Source of the DNA: Cetorhinus maximus
Lineage: Eukaryota
Length of the DNA stretch: 64,000 nucleotides
NCBI RefSeq assembly: GCF_964194155.1
Contig: NC_135879.1
Coordinates: 137,268,001 to 137,332,000, forward strand
Direction of reading: 5' to 3'
The notes under the pieces are model-generated. The model had not been told where the DNA came from and ran no database searches. It saw only the letters and a list, made by a program, of their open reading frames with translations. The position numbers and the translations under genes are program-made. Every line of letters begins with the position of its first letter. The stretch's first letter is position 1. Positions 60,750 to 64,000 of the stretch are shown piece after piece.

Positions 60750-63654
60750 GTATGTCTTTATGCAGGAGAAGATGGCCCACAACAGAAGGGAGACAGAGAA
60801 GACGGGAGGCGGGATACCTGAGCTCAGGCCTCACTCAATTCAAGCAGCAGACTGCTGGGCTGGCAGGGGAGGAACTTGACTAGGTCTGTGCTGATGGTGA
60901 AGTCAGCATCCCCCAAGCATCTTGTGAGGAAGTATGCATAATCCTGAGAACCTCAGAAAATCAAGGTGATTTGACTGATTCAAAATCAAGATAATCCCAT
61001 TTATTGAGTGCAATGTTTGAGTCAGCCGCTCATTCTCTTTTCCCTCCATTCTAGGTGCCAGCAGGAAGAGGGTGAGACCAGCCCCTGCACTAGAAGTAAG
61101 CCCCAGCCCGCAGGACAGCGGAGTTGGGTGAGGACTACTTTACAATCATTACAGCGTTCACCTACCACCTCCACTAGCCCAGGTGCACACACTTCAGTGA
61201 GTCATGGATCTAGTTTAGGCTTAGGCTCACACTTTGCTGGTCACCTCACAAGACACATGTGCACAGCAAGAGGGGGTGGTGACAGTCAGGGTCTCTGGCA
61301 TCTGGAGGACTGCTGGAGAAGAGGCCTCTGCTAAGTTTGAGTCTGGAAGCAGCCATGGAAAAGATACTAGAGCATCAAAGAGACACAGGGGAACATCAGG
61401 CAGAGGTGTCAGAGGCCCTCAACAGATTCACACAAGAGAAGGAGGAGTCCGTCCACGTGCTCTCTCATGTGGATGTGAGAGCATGGAAGTCTCCATGAGG
61501 AGGATGGCAGATGCCATGGAGACCCTGCTCCAGCAGAACGCCTAGTTTCTGCTTGATATGCGCTTGGACCTGCACTCCACCCCTCTAGCCATGGGTAAGC
61601 GTCTGCAGTGGCTATGAGAGGAGGACAGGACATCACAACCTCCCTCCAGGTACCCTTTCTCAAGGAGTCAGGGAGGTCACCCTCGGGCACCCAAATGGAG
61701 GAGGTGTCAGGCAGACACTCTGGGATCACCCACCCAGGACACTCCAAGGGTTTCCCAATCTCCTTTGCCTGTAACCCCATCAGCTCCAGCTGCTCAGGTC
61801 GAGAAGTTTGCAGCTGCCCCTGAACAGGAGACCCAAAGCAGGTCAGGGCCCTCCAGGCCTCGGACCTCAATAGGATGCCTGCCAAAGGCATCACAGACGA
61901 CAGGGCATAGTAGTCATCAGGCTGCCTCCACCTCTACTGCGGATGTTGGGGAAGCACCTAGATGTAGCGGCAGAGTTAGGAAAATTAAGAAGTTTTGATT
62001 TAACACTGGTGGCATTGTACATAGTTTTGGCACTTCTAAACATATGCTAGCTTGCGCTGATTGGAAGTCTCCTGGACTCATTCTTCCTGCTAGTTGTTTA
62101 AATGGTGGTGTGCACTCCATGCCTACCAGGGGGGACCAAGGGTGGGTCTTCCTTCCCCTAATACATGACTGCACATGGAGACATCGCTATTGGATAAGGG
62201 TGATGACTGGCAAAAGAAAAAGACTACCCACTCACACAATTACGCTTGCCTCCAAAACTCTCAAGACTCTATGCAGAGACTTTGTCATAATGGAAAGACT
62301 AACCACATGATCCCATGTCAGGCAGGTCCATTCCCCAAGGAGGATGGAGGTTTGCAGTTGCGAGTTGATTGCCATTCACCAGCATGCCCCTTGTAGGCAT
62401 CCCCCTCCCTCCCTCTTTTCCTCCCTAACTCAGATTGTACAGCAGCTCAATACCTTGCTGGGATCTCATTGTAATGAGAACCCTCTGGGACAGACCTGCT
62501 GCCATGTGGCCTTCACTAGACGGTGAGGATTTTCAAATCAAAAAGCTCTCATACAGTCTCTACATGATTATTAGGGTTTCCCATTAGTTGTCCAGCTGTG
62601 CTGGCCTTCAGATCCACCCACCCGAGAAGACCCTCCCCCACCTCGATGTTTTGAAGTTGGACATCAAGGGCCTTGGTTTGAACTGCCTCTGTCTCAAGGC
62701 GGTGCATGTCTCATATCAGACTGTCTCCATCACTATTTACCCTTCTCCTGTCACCCGCCAATTTCCCCCGATCACCATCATCGACACCATTCCCCCCCCA
62801 CCCATTTCACCCTCAGCAACCACTGAGCCTCCCCCCATCATCCTGAACCCTATCACAGTCAACCTTGACATGCCTTCTCTCCTCACTGAGCCCACACCAA
62901 TCACCGTGTCTATGTCCACCCTGATCCTCCCAACTTCCGTAATCTGTGCAACCATTCTTATCCACCTCAATGACCCTCCTGATGAAAACTATACCCACCA
63001 TACCCAACCCTGACCCTACCACCCGACCACATCCCAGCTTGCCCTCTCACACTCACCACCCCCACCCTATCATCAGCACCCTCAAATCTCCCTGCAGGAT
63101 TCCAATGTTGGCTAAACCAACCCCTTCCTCTGAAACACTCTGGGCTCACTATCCCCCCCCACCTTCACCCTCATGCCTTACTTTCCCACTCCCTCCATCC
63201 CCTGCTCTTTGGCTCCTTCAAACACCTACTTTGTGTCTTAGCGCGCACCATTCCTCCGGTCAGCTCCAGTGGTGCAGGCAGCGCTGACTGTAAGATAAGC
63301 ACTCTAAAATTCTCCTTCGCCACCTATGTGCAGCCGGGTAATGGAATGGTGTAAATTCACGCTGGTGGGTCGGAAAATTTGATGGGGGTGCATGATTCCG
63401 GTCTGTTGGTATTTTAGTAAGCATGGATGGAATCCAAAATGGGTTCCCACGAAGCTTCAGTGGGAAAGCTGACCCGATATCAACCTGCCATGAATGTCAG
63501 GAGAGGAAGATCCTGACTTCATAGCCTGACATTGGGAAATTGATTATTTTACCTCCCGCCCATATCTTCTGTTCTACCACCACCCCGCCCCCCACCCCCC
63601 ACTCCCCACCCCCACCACAAATCCTAATGATGGCGGGAGGGGACGTTTCCACCG
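60750..63654 (+). mobile_element. Harbinger copy D right part: Myb/SANT exons 2-3, C-rich spacer, right end
   Basis: ttatgcag then EKMAHNRRETEKTGGG (60768); ESMEVSMRRMADAMETLLQQ; APRCSGRVRKIKKF*; TIR-like ACGTTTCCACC at about 63653. Confidence 0.75.
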
Positions 63655-64000
63655 TTTAAAGCAAATGCAATCCGTGTGCCTTTTTGCAGTAGGTATGCTC
63701 CCAGACCTTTCTGTGAGGCCTCGATCTCCAGGGTAGTTGTCTCCCTAGGATCGTATAATTGCAATGTCGATGTTTCTGATAATGACTGTTTCAGTGCTTT
63801 GAAGAGGTGTTGGAGGTCTTCGTGCCACAGGAAAGACACAACATTTCTCAATAATTCTCCGAGCAATAATGATTTTTGAGCAAATTTGGGAATGTATAGG
63901 AAAGAGACCTAGGCATCATTGAAGATCATCCCTATCTTAAGGAGCCAACATGGCTTTAATATCCTCCATTTTACTTGGCTGCCAGCACCAACTGATCTGC
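63655..64000 (-). mobile_element. Gypsy RT / RNase H fragment
   Basis: YIPKFAQK..LGELLRNVVSFLWHEDLQHLFKALKQSL..LQLYDPRETTTLEIEASQKGLGAYLLQKG. Confidence 0.85.

Overview
This is eukaryotic, vertebrate-type genomic DNA, most likely from a cartilaginous fish (inferred from CR1/L2/RTE/Penelope LINEs, a Deu-domain SINE and a tRNA-SINE of the kind typical of sharks). I found no recognisable intact host gene, rRNA, tRNA or CRISPR. Most of the window is decayed, deeply nested transposable elements: several PIF/Harbinger DNA transposons (HARBI1-like transposase plus a spliced Myb/SANT gene) and about 8 related MITE copies, a Gmr1-type Gypsy provirus (integrase before RT/RNase H, SCAN-like gag), non-autonomous Gypsy derivatives, solo LTRs, CR1, L2, RTE and Penelope elements, and an 18-bp minisatellite. 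Many element ends could be fixed from TIRs, LTRs and target-site duplications (TSDs) read directly in the sequence. The most unusual signals are (1) a two-LTR Gypsy element whose pol is replaced by a coiled-coil segment resembling host UACA/RAI14-type proteins (possible gene capture), (2) two short TSD-flanked Penelope-derived insertions with degenerate minimal hammerhead-ribozyme motifs, both inside CR1 ORF1, and (3) gag-only and RT-less LTR derivatives. Family assignments come from motif recognition by eye, not database searches, and coordinates without a stated TSD are approximate.
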